From: Eledone cirrhosa
Taxonomy: Eukaryota
Assembly (NCBI GenBank): GCA_964016885.1
Contig: OZ024742.1
Location: 185,318,001 to 185,382,000, forward strand
Direction: 5' to 3'
DNA: 64,000 nucleotides
Shown: piece by piece, positions 24,101 through 37,992 of the stretch
Layout of the letters: every line of letters begins with the position of its first letter
How positions within the stretch are numbered: the first letter of the stretch is position 1
Program-made: the position numbers and the translations under genes
The notes under the pieces: model-generated
The model's input: the letters and a program-made list of their open reading frames with translations, nothing else
The model's database searches: none
Told to the model about the DNA's origin: nothing

Positions 24101-27100
24101 TTAAGTTGGGGTTGAGTTAAGTTGGGGTTGAGTTAAGTTGGGGTTAAGTTAAGTTGGGGTTAAGTTAAGTTACGGTTAACTTAAATTGGGGTTAAGTTAA
24201 GTTGGGGTTGAGTTAAGTTGGGGTTTAATTAAGTTGGGGTTGAGTTAAGTTGGGGTTGAGTTAAGTTGGGCTTGAGTTAAGTTGGGGTTGAGTTAAGTTG
24301 GGCTTATCTTAAGTTGGGGTTAATTTAAGATGGGGTTAAGTTAAGTTGGGGTTAAGTTAATTTGGGGTTAAGTTAAGTTGGGGTTAAGTTAAGTTGGGGT
24401 TATGTTAAGTTGGGGTTAAGTTAAGTTGAGGTTAACTTAAGTTGGGGTTAAGTTAAGTTGGGGTTAAGTTAAGTTGGGGCTAAGTTAAGTTGGGGCTAAG
24501 TTAAGTTGGGGTTAAGTTAAGTTGGGGTTAAGTTAAGTTGGGGTCAACGTAAGTTGGGGTTAAGTTAAGTTGGGGTTAAGTTAATTTGGGGGTAAGTTAA
24601 GTTGGGGTTAAGTTAAGTTGGGGTTAAGTTAAGTTGGGGTTAAGTTAAGTTGGGGCTGAGTTAAGTTGGGGCTGTGTTAAGTTGGGGTTAAGTTGGGGTT
24701 AAGTTGGGGTTAAATTAAGTTGGGGTTAATTTAATTTGGGGTTAAGTTAAGTTGGGTTTAGGTTAAGTTGGGGTTGAGTTAAGTTGGGGTTAAGTTAAGT
24801 TGGGGTTAAGTTAAGTTGAGGTTAAGTTAGGTTGGGGTTAAATTCAGTTGGGGTTAAGTTAAGTTGGGGTTAAGTTAATTTGGGGATAAGTTAAGTTGAG
24901 TTTAAGTTAAGTTGGAGTTGATTTAAGTTGAGGTTAAGTTAAGTTGTGGTAAAGTTAAGTTGGGGTTAAGTTAACTTGGGGTTAATTTAAGTTGGGGTTA
25001 AGTCAAATTGGGTTTGAGTTAAGTTAGGGTTAAGTTAAGTTGGGGTTAAGTTAAGTTGGGGTTAAGTTAAGTTGGGGTTAAGTTAAGTTGGGGTTAAATT
25101 AAGCTGGGTTTAAGTTAAGTTGGGGTTAAGTTAAGTTGGGGTTAAGTTAAGTTGGGGTTAAGTTAAGTTGAGGTTAAGTTAGGTTGGGGTTAAATTCAGT
25201 TGGGGTTAAGTTAAGTTGGGGTTAAGTTAATTTGGGGATAAGTTAAGTTGAGTTTAAGTTAAGTTGGAGTTGATTTAAGTTGAGGTTAAGTTAAGTTGTG
25301 GTAAAGTTAAGTTGGGGTTAAGTTAAGTTGGGGTTAAGTTAAGTTGGGGTTGAGTTAAGTTGGGGTTAAGTTAAGTCGGGGTTAACTTAAGTCGGGTTTA
25401 AGTTAAGTTGGGGTTAAGTTAAGTTGGGGTTAAGTTAAGTTGGGGTTGAGTTAAGTTGGGGTTAAGTTAAGTTGGGTTTAAGTTAAGTTGGGGTTAAGTT
25501 AAGTTGGGGTTAAGTTAAGGTGGGGTTAAGTTAAGTTGGGGTTAAGTTAAGTCGGGGTTAAGTTAAGTTGGGGTTGAGTTAAGTTGGGGTTAAGTTAAGT
25601 CGGGGTTAAGTTAAGTTGGGGTTAAGTTAAGTTGGGGTTAAGTTAAGTTGGGGTTAAGTTAAGTTGGGGTTGAGTTAAGTTGGGGTTAAGTTAAGTTGGG
25701 TTTAAGTTAAGTTGGGGTTAAGTTAAGTTGGGGTTAAGTTAAGGTGGGGTTAAGTTAAGTTGGGGTTAAGTTAAGTCGGGGTTAAGTTAAGTTGGGGTGA
25801 AGTTAAGTTGGGGTTAAGTTAAGTTGGGGTTAAGTTAAGTTCGGGTTAAGATAAGTTGGGGTTAAGTTAAGTTGGGGTTGAGTTAAGTTGGGGTTGAGTT
25901 AATTTGGGGTTAAGTTAAGTTGGGGTTAACTTAAGTTGGGGTTAAGTTAAGTTGGCGTTCAGTTAAGTTGCGGTTAAGTTAAGTTGGGGTTAACTTAAGT
26001 CGGGTTTAAGTTAAGTTGGGGTTAAGTTAAGTTGGGGTCAAGTTAAGTTGGGGTTAAGTTAAGTTGGGGTTAAGTTAAGTTGGGGTTAAGTTAAGTCGGG
26101 GTTAAGTTAAGTTGGGGTTAAGTTAAGTTGGGGTTAAGTTAAGTTGGGGTCAAGTTAAGTTGGGGTTAAGTTAAGTTGGGGTTCAGTTAAGTTGGGGTTA
26201 AGTTAAGTCGCGGTTAAGTTAAGTTGGGGTTAAGTTAAGATGGGGTTAAGTTAAGTTGTGGTTAAGTTAAGTTGGGGTTAAGATAAGTTGGGGTTAAGTT
26301 AAGTTGCGGTTGAGTTAAGTTGGGGTTGAGTTAATTGGGGTTAAGTTAAGTTGGGGTTAACTTAAGTTGGGTTTAAGTTAAGTTGGGGTTAAGTTAAGTT
26401 GGGGTTAAATTAAGTTGGGGTTATGATAAGTTGGGGTTAAGTTAAGTCGGGGTTAAGTTATGTCGGGGTTAAGTTAAGTTGGGGTTAAGTTAACTTGGTG
26501 TTAAGTTAAGTTGGGGTTCAGTTAAGTTGGGGTTGAGTTAAGTTGGGGGTCAAGTTAAGTTGGGGTTAAGCTAAGTTGGGGTTAAGTTAAGTTGGGGTTA
26601 AGTTAAGTTGGGGTTAATTTAAGTTTTGGTTAAGTTAAGTTGGGGCTGAGTTAAGTTGGCGTCAAGTTAAGTTGGGGTTGAGTTAAGAAGGGGTTAAGTT
26701 AACTTGGGGTTAAGTTAACTTGGGGTTAAGTTAAGTTGGGGTTAAGTTAAGTTGGGGTTAAGTTAAGTTGGGGTTAAGATAAGTTGGGGTTAAGTTAAGT
26801 TGGGGTTGAGTTAAGTTGGGGTTGAGTTAATTTGGGGTTAAGTTAAGTTGGGGTTAACTTAAGTTGGGGTTCAGTTAAGTTGGCGTTCAGTTAAGTTGCG
26901 GTGAAGTTAAGTTGGGGTTAACTTAAGTCGGGGTTAAGTTAAGTTGGGGTTAAGTTAAGTTGGGGTCAAGTTAAGTTGGGGTTAAGTTAAGTTGGGGTTA
27001 TGTTAAGTTGGGGTTAAGTTAAGTTGGGGTTAAGTTAAGTCGGGGTTAAGTTAAGTTGGGGTTAAGTTAAGTTGGGGTTAAGTTAAGTTGGGGTCAAGTT

Positions 27101-27549
27101 AAGTTGGGGTTAAGTTAAGTTGGGGTTAAGTTAAGTCGCGGTTAAGTTAAGTTGGGGTTAAGTTAAGATGGGGTTAAGTTAAGTTGGGGTTAAGTTAAGT
27201 TGGGGTTAAGATAAGTTGGGGTTAAGTTAAGTTGGGGTTGAGTTAAGTTGGGGTTGAGTTAATTGGGGTTAAGTTAAGTTGGGGTTAACTTAAGTTGGGT
27301 TTAAGTTAAGTTGGGGTTAAGTTAAGTTGGGGTTAAATTAAGTTGGGGTTAAGATAAGTTGGGGTTAAGTTAAGTCGGTGTTAAGTTAAGTCGGGGTTAA
27401 GTTAAGTTCGGGTTAAGTTAACTTGCTGTTAAGTTAAGTTGGGGCTCAGTTAAGTTGGGGTTGAGTTAAGTTGGGGTCAAGTTAAGTTGGGACTAAGCTA
27501 AGTTGGGGTTAAGTTAAGTTGGGGTTAAGTTAAGTTGGCGCTAAGTTAA

Positions 27550-30500
27550 GTGAAGGTTAAGTTAAGTTGGGGTTGAGTTAAGTTGGGGTTAAGTTAAGTT
27601 GGGGTTGAGTTAAGTTGGGGTTGAGTTAAGTTGGGGTTGAGTTAAGTTGGGGTTACGTTAAGTTGGGGTTAAGTTAAGTTGGGGTTAAGTTAAGTTTAGG
27701 TTAACTTAAGTTGGGGTTAAGTTAAGTTGGGGTTAAGTTAAGTTGGGGCTAAGTTAAGTTGGGGCTAAGTTAAGTTGGGGCTAAGTTAAGTTGGGGTTAA
27801 GTTAAGGTGGGGTTTAGTTAAGTTGGGGTTGAGTTAAGTTAGGGTTGAGTTAAGTTGGGGTTAAGTTAAGTTGGGGTTAAGTTAAGTTAGGGTTAACTTA
27901 AGTTGGGGTTAAGTTAAGTTGGGGTTGAGTTAAGTTGGGGTTTAATTAAGTTGGGGTTAAGTTAAGTTGGGGTTGAGTTAAGTTGGGCTTGAGTTAAGTT
28001 GGGGTTGAGTTAAGTTGGGCTTATCTTAAGTTGGGGTTAATTTAAGATGGGGTTAAGTTAAGTTGGGGTTAAGTTAATTTGGGGTTAAGTTAAGTTGGGG
28101 TTAAGTTAAGTTGGGGTTATGTTAAGTTGGGGTTAAGTTAAGTTGAGGTTAACTTAAGTTGGGGTTAAGTTAAGTTGGGGTTAAGTTAAGTTGGGGCTAA
28201 GTTAAGTTGGGGCTAAGTTAAGTTGGGGTTAAGTTAAGTTGGGGTTAAGTTAAGTTGGGGTCAACTTAAGTTGGGGCTAAGTTAAGTTGGGGTTAAGTTA
28301 AGTTGCGGCTAAGTTAAGTTGGGGTTAAGTTAAGTTGGGGTTAAATTAAGTTGGGGTCAACGTAAGTTGGGGTTAAGTTAAGTTGGGGTTAAGTTAATTT
28401 GGGGGTAAGTTAAGTTGGGGTTAAGTTAAGTTGGGGTTAAGTTAAGTTGGGGTTAAGTTAAGTTGGGGCTGAGTTAAGTTGGGGCTGTGTTAAGTTGGGG
28501 TTAAGTTAAGTTGGGGTTAAGTTAAGTTGGGGTTAAGTTGGGGTTAAATTAAGTTGGGGTTAATTTAAGTTGGGGTTAAGTTAAGTTGGGTTTAGGTTAA
28601 GTTGGGGTTGAGTTAAGTTGGGGTTAAGTTAAGTTGGGGTTAATTTAAGTTGGGGTTAAGTTAAGTTGGGGCTGAGTTAAGTTGGGGTTAAGTTAAGTTG
28701 GGGTTGAGTTAAGTTGGGGTTAAGTTAAGTTGGGGTTAAGTTAAGTCGGGGTTAAGTTAAGTTGGGGTTAAGTTAAGTTGGGGTTAAGTTAAGTTGGGGT
28801 TAAGTTAAGTTGGGGTTAAGTTAAGTTGGGGTTAAGTTAAGTTGGGGTTGAGTTAAGTTGGGGTTGAGTTAATTTGGGGTTAAGTTAAGTTGGGGTTAAC
28901 TTAAGTTGGGGTTCAGTTAAGTTGGCGTTCAGTTAAGTTGCGGTGAAGTTAAGTTGGGGTTAACTTAAGTCGGGGTTGAGTTAAGTTGGGGTTAAGTTAA
29001 GTTGGGGTCAAGTTAAGTTGGGGTTAAGTTAAGTTGGGGTTATGTTAAGTTGGGGTTAAGTTAAGTTGGGGTTAAGTTAAGTCGGGGTTAAGTTAAGTTG
29101 GGGTTAAGTTAAGTTGGGGTTAAGTTAAGTTGGGGTCAAGTTAAGTTGGGGTTAAGTTAAGTTGGGGTTAAGTTAAGTCGCGGTTAAGTTAAGTTGGGGT
29201 TAAGTTAAGATGTGGTTAAGTTAAGTTGGGGTTAAGTTAAGTTGGGGTTAAGATAAGTTGGGGTTAAGTTAAGTTGGGGTTGAGTTAAGTTGGGGTTGAG
29301 TTAATTGGGGTTAAGTTAAGTTGGGGTTAACTTAAGTTGGGTTTAAGTTAAGTTTGGGTTAAGTTAAGTTGGGGTTAAATTAAGTTGGGGTTAAGATAAG
29401 TTGGGGTTAAGTTAAGTCGGGGTTAAGTTAAGTCGGGGTTAATTTAAGTTGGGGTTAAGTTAACTTGGTGTTAAGTTAAGTTGGGGCTCAGTTAAGTTGG
29501 GGTTGAGTTAAGTTGGGGTCAAGTTAAGTTGGGACTAAGCTAAGTTGGGGTTAAGTTAAGTTGGGGTTAAGTTAAGTTGGCGCTAAGTTAAGTGAAGGTT
29601 AAGTTAAGTTGGGGTTGAGTTAAGTTGGGGTTAATTTAAGTTGGGGTTGAGTTAAGTTGGGGTTGAGTTAAGTTGGGGTTGAGTTAAGTTGGGGTTACGT
29701 TAAGTTGGGGTTAAGTTAAGTTGGGGTTAAGTTAAGTTTAGGTTAACTTAAGTTGGGGTTAAGTTAAGTTGGGGTTAAGTTAAGTTGGGGCTAAGTTAAG
29801 TTGGGGCTAAGTTAAGTTGGGGCTAAGTTAAGTTGGGGTTAAGTTAAGGTGGGGTTTAGTTAAGTTGGGGTTGAGTTAAGTTGGGGTTGAGTTAAGTTGG
29901 GGTTAAGTTAAGTTGGGGTTAAGTTAAGTTACGGTTAACTTAAATTGGGGTTAAGTTAAGTTGGGGTTGAGTTAAGTTGGGGATTAATTAAGTTGGGGTT
30001 GAGTTAAGTTGGGGTTGAGTTAAGTTGGGCTTGAGTTAAGTTGGGGTTGAGTTAAGTTGGGCTTATCTTAAGTTGGGGTTAATTTAAGATGGGGTTAAGT
30101 TAAGTTGGGGTTAAGTTAATTTGGGGTTAAGTTAAGTTGGGGTTAAGTTAAGTTGGGGTTATGTTAAGTTGGGGTTAAGTTAAGTTGAGGTTAACTTAAG
30201 TTGGGGTTAAGTTAAGTTGGGGTTAAGTTAAGTTGGGGCTAAGTTAAGTTGGGGCTAAGTTAAGTTGGAGTTAAGTTAAGTTGGGGTTAAGTTAAGTTGG
30301 GGTCAACGTAAGTTGGGGTTAAGTTAAGTTGGGGTTAAGTTAATTTGGGGGTAAGTTAAGTTGGGGTTAAGTTAAGTTGGGGTTAAGTTAAGTTGGGGTT
30401 AAGTTAAGTTGGGGCTGAGTTAAGTTGGGGCTGTGTTAAGTTGGGGTTAAGTTGGGGTTAAGTTGGGGTTAAATTAAGTTGGGGTTAATTTAATTTGGGG

Positions 30501-33191
30501 TTAAGTTAAGTTGGGTTTAGGTTAAGTTGGGGTTGAGTTAAGTTGGGGTTAAGTTAAGTTGGGGTTAAGTTAAGTTGAGGTTAAGTTAGGTTGGGGTTAA
30601 ATTCAGTTGGGGTTAAGTTAAGTTGGGGTTAAGTTAATTTGGGGATAAGTTAAGTTGAGTTTAAGTTAAGTTGGAGTTGATTTAAGTTGAGGTTAAGTTA
30701 AGTTGTGGTAAAGTTAAGTTGGGGTTAAGTTAACTTGGGGTTAATTTAAGTTGGGGTTAAGTCAAATTGGGTTTGAGTTAAGTTAGGGTTAAGTTAAGTT
30801 GGGGTTAAGTTAAGTTGGGGTTAAGTTAAGTTGGGGTTAAGTTAAGTTGGGGTTAAATTAAGCTGGGTTTAAGTTAAGTTGGGGTTAAGTTAAGTTGGGG
30901 TTAAGTTAAGTTGGGGTTAAGTTAAGTTGAGGTTAAGTTAGGTTGGGGTTAAATTCAGTTGGGGTTAAGTTAAGTTGGGGTTAAGTTAATTTGGGGATAA
31001 GTTAAGTTGAGTTTAAGTTAAGTTGGAGTTGATTTAAGTTGAGGTTAAGTTAAGTTGTGGTAAACTTAAGTTGGGGTTAAGTTAAGTTGGGGTTAAGTTA
31101 AGTTGGGGTTCAGTTAAGTTGGGGTTAAGTTAAGTAGGGGTTCAGTTGGGGTTAAATTAATTTGGGGTTAAGTTAAGTTGGGGTTAAGTTAAGTTGGGGT
31201 TAAGTTAAGTTGGGGTTGAGTTAAGTTGGGGTTAAGTTAAGTCGGGGTTAAGTTAAGTTGGGGTTAAGTTAAGTTGGGGTTAAGTTAAGTTGGGGTTAAG
31301 TTAAGTTGGGGTTGAGTTAAGTTGGGGTTAAGTTAAGTTGGGTTTAAGTTAAGTTGGGGTTAAGTTAAGTTGGGGTTAAGTTAAGGTGGGGTTAAGTTAA
31401 GTTGGGGTTAAGTTAAGTCGGGGTTAAGTTAAGTTGGGGTGAAGTTAAGTTGGGGTTAAGTTAAGTTGGGGTTAAGTTAAGTTCGGGTTAAGATAAGTTG
31501 GGGTTAAGTTAAGTTGGGGTTGAGTTAAGTTGGGGTTGAGTTAATTTGGGGTTAAGTTAAGTTGGGGTTAACTTAAGTTGGGGTTAAGTTAAGTTGGCGT
31601 TCAGTTAAGTTGCGGTTAAGTTAAGTTGGGGTTAACTTAAGTCGGGTTTAAGTTAAGTTGGGGTTAAGTTAAGTTGGGGTCAAGTTAAGTTGGGGTTAAG
31701 TTAAGTTGGGGTTAAGTTAAGTTGGGGTTAAGTTAATTCGGGGTTAAGTTAAGTTGGGGTTAAGTTAAGTTGGGGTTAAGTTAAGTTGGGGTCAAGTTAA
31801 GTTGGGGTTAAGTTAAGTTGGGGTTCAGTTAAGTTGGGGTTAAGTTAAGTCGCGGTTAAGTTAAGTTGGGGTTAAGTTAAGATGGGGTTAAGTTAAGTTG
31901 TGGTTAAGTTAAGTTGGGGTTAAGATAAGTTGGGGTTAAGTTAAGTTGCGGTTGAGTTAAGTTGGGGTTGAGTTAATTGGGGTTAAGTTAAGTTGGGGTT
32001 AACTTAAGTTGGGTTTAAGTTAAGTTGGGGTTAAGTTAAGTTGGGGTTAAATTAAGTTGGGGTTATGATAAGTTGGGGTTAAGTTAAGTCGGGGTTAAGT
32101 TATGTCGGGGTTAAGTTAAGTTGGGGTTAAGTTAACTTGGTGTTAAGTTAAGTTGGGGTTCAGTTAAGTTGGGGTTGAGTTAAGTTGGGGGTCAAGTTAA
32201 GTTGGGGTTAAGCTAAGTTGGGGTTAAGTTAAGTTGGGGTTAAGTTAAGTTGGGGTTAATTTAAGTTTTGGTTAAGTTAAGTTGGGGCTGAGTTAAGTTG
32301 GCGTCAAGTTAAGTTGGGGTTGAGTTAAGAAGGGGTTAAGTTAACTTGGGGTTAAGTTAACTTGGGGTTAAGTTAAGTTGGGGTTAAGTTAAGTTGGGGT
32401 TAAGTTAAGTTGGGGTTAAGATAAGTTGGGGTTAAGTTAAGTTGGGGTTGAGTTAAGTTGGGGTTGAGTTAATTTGGGGTTAAGTTAAGTTGGGGTTAAC
32501 TTAAGTTGGGGTTCAGTTAAGTTGGCGTTCAGTTAAGTTGCGGTGAAGTTAAGTTGGGGTTAACTTAAGTCGGGGTTAAGTTAAGTTGGGGTTAAGTTAA
32601 GTTGGGGTCAAGTTAAGTTGGGGTTAAGTTAAGTTGCGGTTATGTTAAGTTGGGGTTAAGTTAAGTTGGGGTTAAGTTAAGTCGGGGTTAAGTTAAGTTG
32701 GGGTTAAGTTAAGTTGGGGTTAAGTTAAGTTGGGGTCAAGTTAAGTTGGGGTTAAGTTAAGTTGGGGTTAAGTTAAGTCGCGGTTAAGTTAAGTTGGGGT
32801 TAAGTTAAGATGGGGTTAAGTTAAGTTGGGGTTAAGTTAAGTTGGGGTTAAGATAAGTTGGGGTTAAGTTAAGTTGGGGTTGAGTTAAGTTGGGGTTGAG
32901 TTAATTGGGGTTAAGTTAAGTTGGGGTTAACTTAAGTTGGGTTTAAGTTAAGTTGGGGTTAAGTTAAGTTGGGGTTAAATTAAGTTGGGGTTAAGATAAG
33001 TTGGGGTTAAGTTAAGTCGGTGTTAAGTTAAGTCGGGGTTAAGTTAAGTTCGGGTTAAATTAACTTGCTGTTAAGTTAAGTTGGGGCTCAGTTAAGTTGG
33101 GGTTGAGTTAAGTTGGGGTCAAGTTAAGTTGGGACTAAGCTAAGTTGGGGTTAAGTTAAGTTGGGGTTAAGTTAAGTTGGCGCTAAGTTAA
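27550..33191 (+). repeat. Another copy of the 5,642-bp higher-order repeat unit (circularly permuted relative to 15535-21176)
   Basis: GTGAAGG at 27550, 29592 and 33192. The independent marker AGAAGGGG at 26686 and 32328 is also 5,642 bp apart. Confidence 0.8.
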
Positions 33192-35088
33192 GTGAAGGTT
33201 AAGTTAAGTTGGGGTTGAGTTAAGTTGGGGTTAAGTTAAGTTGGGGTTGAGTTAAGTTGGGGTTGAGTTAAGTTGGGGTTGAGTTAAGTTGGGGTTACGT
33301 TAAGTTGGGGTTAAGTTAAGTTGGGGTTAAGTTAAGTTTAGGTTAACTTAAGTTGGGGTTAAGTTAAGTTGGGGTTAAGTTAAGTTGGGGCTAAGTTAAG
33401 TTGGGGCTAAGTTAAGTTGGGGCTAAGTTAAGTTGGGGTTAAGTTAAGGTGGGGTTTAGTTAAGTTGGGGTTGAGTTAAGTTAGGGTTGAGTTAAGTTGG
33501 GGTTAAGTTAAGTTGGGGTTAAGTTAAGTTAGGGTTAACTTAAGTTGGGGTTAAGTTAAGTTGGGGTTGAGTTAAGTTGGGGTTTAATTAAGTTGGGGTT
33601 AAGTTAAGTTGGGGTTGAGTTAAGTTGGGCTTGAGTTAAGTTGGGGTTGAGTTAAGTTGGGCTTATCTTAAGTTGGGGTTAATTTAAGATGGGGTTAAGT
33701 TAAGTTGGGGTTAAGTTAATTTGGGGTTAAGTTAAGTTGGGGTTAAGTTAAGTTGGGGTTATGTTAAGTTGGGGTTAAGTTAAGTTGAGGTTAACTTAAG
33801 TTGGGGTTAAGTTAAGTTGGGGTTAAGTTAAGTTGGGGCTAAGTTAAGTTGGGGCTAAGTTAAGTTGGGGTTAAGTTAAGTTGGGGTTAAGTTAAGTTGG
33901 GGTCAACTTAAGTTGGGGCTAAGTTAAGTTGGGGTTAAGTTAAGTTGCGGCTAAGTTAAGTTGGGGTTAAGTTAAGTTGGGGTTAAATTAAGTTGGGGTC
34001 AACGTAAGTTGGGGTTAAGTTAAGTTGGGGGTTAAGTTAATTTGGGGGTAAGTTAAGTTGGGGTTAAGTTAAGTTGGGGTTAAGTTAAGTTGGGGTTAAG
34101 TTAAGTTGGGGCTGAGTTAAGTTGGGGCTGTGTTAAGTTGGGGTTAAGTTAAGTTGGGGTTAAGTTAAGTTGGGGTTAAGTTGGGGTTAAATTAAGTTGG
34201 GGTTAATTTAAGTTGGGGTTAAGTTAAGTTGGGTTTAGGTTAAGTTGGGGTTGAGTTAAGTTGGGGTTAAGTTAAGTTGGGGTTAATTTAAGTTGGGGTT
34301 AAGTTAAGTTGGGGCTGAGTTAAGTTGGGGTTAAGTTAAGTTGGGGTTAAGTTAAGTTGGGGTTAAGTTAAGTTGGGGTTAAGTTAAGTTGGGGCTGAGT
34401 TAAGTTGGGGCTGTGTTAAGTTGGGGTTAAGTTGGGGTTAAGTTGGGGTTAAATTAAGTTGGGGTTAATTTAATTTGGGGTTAAGTTAAGTTGGGTTTAG
34501 GTTAAGTTGGGGTTGAGTTAAGTTGGGGTTAAGTTAAGTTGGGGTTAAGTTAAGTTGAGGTTAAGTTAGGTTGGGGTTAAATTCAGTTGGGGTTAAGTTA
34601 AGTTGGGGTTAATTTAATTTGGGGATAAGTTAAGTTGAGTTTAAGTTAAGTTGGAGTTGATTTAAGTTGAGGTTAAGTTAAGTTGTGGTAAAGTTAAGTT
34701 GGGGTTAAGTTAACTTGGGGTTAATTTAAGTTGGGGTTAAGTCAAATTGGGTTTGAGTTAAGTTAGGGTTAAGTTAAGTTGGGGTTAAGTTAAGTTGGGG
34801 TTAAGTTAAGTTGGGGTTAAGTTAAGTTGGGGTTAAATTAAGCTGGGTTTAAGTTAAGTTGGGGTTAAGTTAAGTTGGGGTTAAGTTAAGTTGGGGTTAA
34901 GTTAAGTTGAGGTTAAGTTAGGTTGGGGTTAAATTCAGTTGGGGTTAAGTTAAGTTGGGGTTAAGTTAATTTGGGGATAAGTTAAGTTGAGTTTAAGTTA
35001 AGTTGGAGTTGATTTAAGTTGAGGTTAAGTTAAGTTGTGGTAAAGTTAAGTTGGGGTTAAGTTAAGTTGGGGTTAAGTTAAGTTGGGG

Positions 35089-37992
35089 TTCAGTTAAGTT
35101 GGGGTTAAGTTAAGTAGGGGTTCAGTTGGGGTTAAATTAATTTGGGGTTAAGTTAAGTTGGGGTTAAGTTAAGTTGGGGTTAAGTTAAGTTGGGGTTAAG
35201 TTAAGTTGGGGTTGAGTTAAGTTGGGGTTAAGTTAAGTCGGGGTTAAGTTAAGTTGGGGTTAAGTTAAGTTGGGGTTAAGTTAAGTTGGGGTTAAGTTAA
35301 GTTGGGGTTGAGTTAAGTTGGGGTTAAGTTAAGTTGGGTTTAAGTTAAGTTGGGGTTAAGTTAAGTTGGGGTTAAGTTAAGGTGGGGTTAAGTTAAGTTG
35401 GGGTTAAGTTAAGTCGGGGTTAAGTTAAGTTGGGGTGAAGTTAAGTTGGGGTTAAGTTAAGTTGGGGTTAAGTTAAGTTCGGGTTAAGATAAGTTGGGGT
35501 TAAGTTAAGTTGGGGTTGAGTTAAGTTGGGGTTGAGTTAATTTGGGGTTAAGTTAAGTTGGGGTTAACTTAAGTTGGGGTTAAGTTAAGTTGGCGTTCAG
35601 TTAAGTTGCGGTTAAGTTAAGTTGGGGTTAACTTAAGTCGGGTTTAAGTTAAGTTGGGGTTAAGTTAAGTTGGGGTCAAGTTAAGTTGGGGTTAAGTTAA
35701 GTTGGGGTTAAGTTAAGTTGGGGTTAAGTTAAGTCGGGGTTAAGTTAAGTTGGGGTTAAGTTAAGTTGGGGTTAAGTTAAGTTGGGGTCAAGTTAAGTTG
35801 GGGTTAAGTTAAGTTGGGGTTCAGTTAAGTTGGGGTTAAGTTAAGTCGCGGTTAAGTTAAGTTGGGGTTAAGTTAAGATGGGGTTAAGTTAAGTTGTGGT
35901 TAAGTTAAGTTGGGGTTAAGATAAGTTGGGGTTAAGTTAAGTTGGGGTTAAATTAAGTCGGGGTTATGATAAGTTGGGGTTAAGTTAAGTCGGGGTTAAG
36001 TTATGTCGGGGTTAAGTTAAGTTGGGGTTAAGTTAACTTGGTGTTAAGTTAAGTTGGGGTTCAGTTAAGTTGGGGTTGAGTTAAGTTGGGGGTCAAGTTA
36101 AGTTGGGGTTAAGCTAAGTTGGGGTTAAGTTAAGTTGGGGTTAAGTTAAGTTGGGGTTAATTTAAGTTTTGGTTAAGTTAAGTTGGGGCTGAGTTAAGTT
36201 GGCGTCAAGTTAAGTTGGGGTTGAGTTAAGAAGGGGTTAAGTTAACTTGGGGTTAAGTTAACTTGGGGTTAAGTTAAGTTGGGGTTAAGTTAAGTTGGGG
36301 TTAAGTTAAGTTGGGGTTAAGATAAGTTGGGGTTAAGTTAAGTTGGGGTTGAGTTAAGTTGGGGTTGAGTTAATTTGGGGTTAAGTTAAGTTGGGGTTAA
36401 CTTAAGTTGGGGTTCAGTTAAGTTGGCGTTCAGTTAAGTTGCGGTGAAGTTAAGTTGGGGTTAACTTAAGTCGGGGTTAAGTTAAGTTGGGGTTAAGTTA
36501 AGTTGGGGTCAAGTTAAGTTGGGGTTAAGTTAAGTTGGGGTTCAGTTAAGTTGGGGTTAAGTTAAGTAGGGGTTCAGTTGGGGTTAAATTAATTTGGGGT
36601 TAAGTTAAGTTGGGGTTAAGTTAAGTTGGGGTTAAGTTAAGTTGGGGTTAAGTTAAGTTGGGGTTGAGTTAAGTTGGGGTTAAGTTAAGTCGGGGTTAAG
36701 TTAAGTTGGGGTTAAGTTAAGTTGGGGTTAAGTTAAGTTGGGGTTAAGTTAAGTTGGGGTTGAGTTAAGTTGGGGTTAAGTTAAGTTGGGTTTAAGTTAA
36801 GTTGGGGTTAAGTTAAGTTGGGGTTAAGTTAAGGTGGGGTTAAGTTAAGTTGGGGTTAAGTTAAGTCGGGGTTAAGTTAAGTTGGGGTGAAGTTAAGTTG
36901 GGGTTAAGTTAAGTTGGGGTTAAGTTAAGTTCGGGTTAAGATAAGTTGGGGTTAAGTTAAGTTGGGGTTGAGTTAAGTTGGGGTTGAGTTAATTTGGGGT
37001 TAAGTTAAGTTGGGGTTAACTTAAGTTGGGGTTAAGTTAAGTTGGCGTTCAGTTAAGTTGCGGTTAAGTTAAGTTGGGGTTAACTTAAGTCGGGTTTAAG
37101 TTAAGTTGGGGTTAAGTTAAGTTGGGGTCAAGTTAAGTTGGGGTTAAGTTAAGTTGGGGTTAAGTTAAGTTGGGGTTAAGTTAAGTCGGGGTTAAGTTAA
37201 GTTGGGGTTAAGTTAAGTTGGGGTTAAGTTAAGTTGGGGTCAAGTTAAGTTGGGGTTAAGTTAAGTTGGGGTTCAGTTAAGTTGGGGTTAAGTTAAGTCG
37301 CGGTTAAGTTAAGTTGGGGTTAAGTTAAGATGGGGTTAAGTTAAGTTGTGGTTAAGTTAAGTTGGGGTTAAGATAAGTTGGGGTTAAGTTAAGTTGGGGT
37401 TAAATTAAGTCGGGGTTATGATAAGTTGGGGTTAAGTTAAGTCGGGGTTAAGTTATGTCGGGGTTAAGTTAAGTTGGGGTTAAGTTAACTTGGTGTTAAG
37501 TTAAGTTGGGGTTCAGTTAAGTTGGGGTTGAGTTAAGTTGGGGGTCAAGTTAAGTTGGGGTTAAGCTAAGTTGGGGTTAAGTTAAGTTGGGGTTAAGTTA
37601 AGTTGGGGTTAATTTAAGTTTTGGTTAAGTTAAGTTGGGGCTGAGTTAAGTTGGCGTCAAGTTAAGTTGGGGTTGAGTTAAGAAGGGGTTAAGTTAACTT
37701 GGGGTTAAGTTAACTTGGGGTTAAGTTAAGTTGGGGTTAAGTTAAGTTGGGGTTAAGTTAAGTTGGGGTTAAGATAAGTTGGGGTTAAGTTAAGTTGGGG
37801 TTGAGTTAAGTTGGGGTTGAGTTAATTTGGGGTTAAGTTAAGTTGGGGTTAACTTAAGTTGGGGTTCAGTTAAGTTGGCGTTCAGTTAAGTTGCGGTGAA
37901 GTTAAGTTGGGGTTAACTTAAGTCGGGGTTAAGTTAAGTTGGGGTTAAGTTAAGTTGGGGTCAAGTTAAGTTGGGGTTAAGTTAAGTTGGGG
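35089..37992 (+). repeat. Local 1,452-bp tandem duplication inside the satellite (about 35089-36540 and 36541-37992)
   Basis: GTAGGGG at 35114 and 36566, and AGAAGGGG at 36229 and 37681, are both offset by 1452. The variant TTAAATTAAGTCGGGGTTATGATAAG was seen only near 35950 and 37400. Confidence 0.8.
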
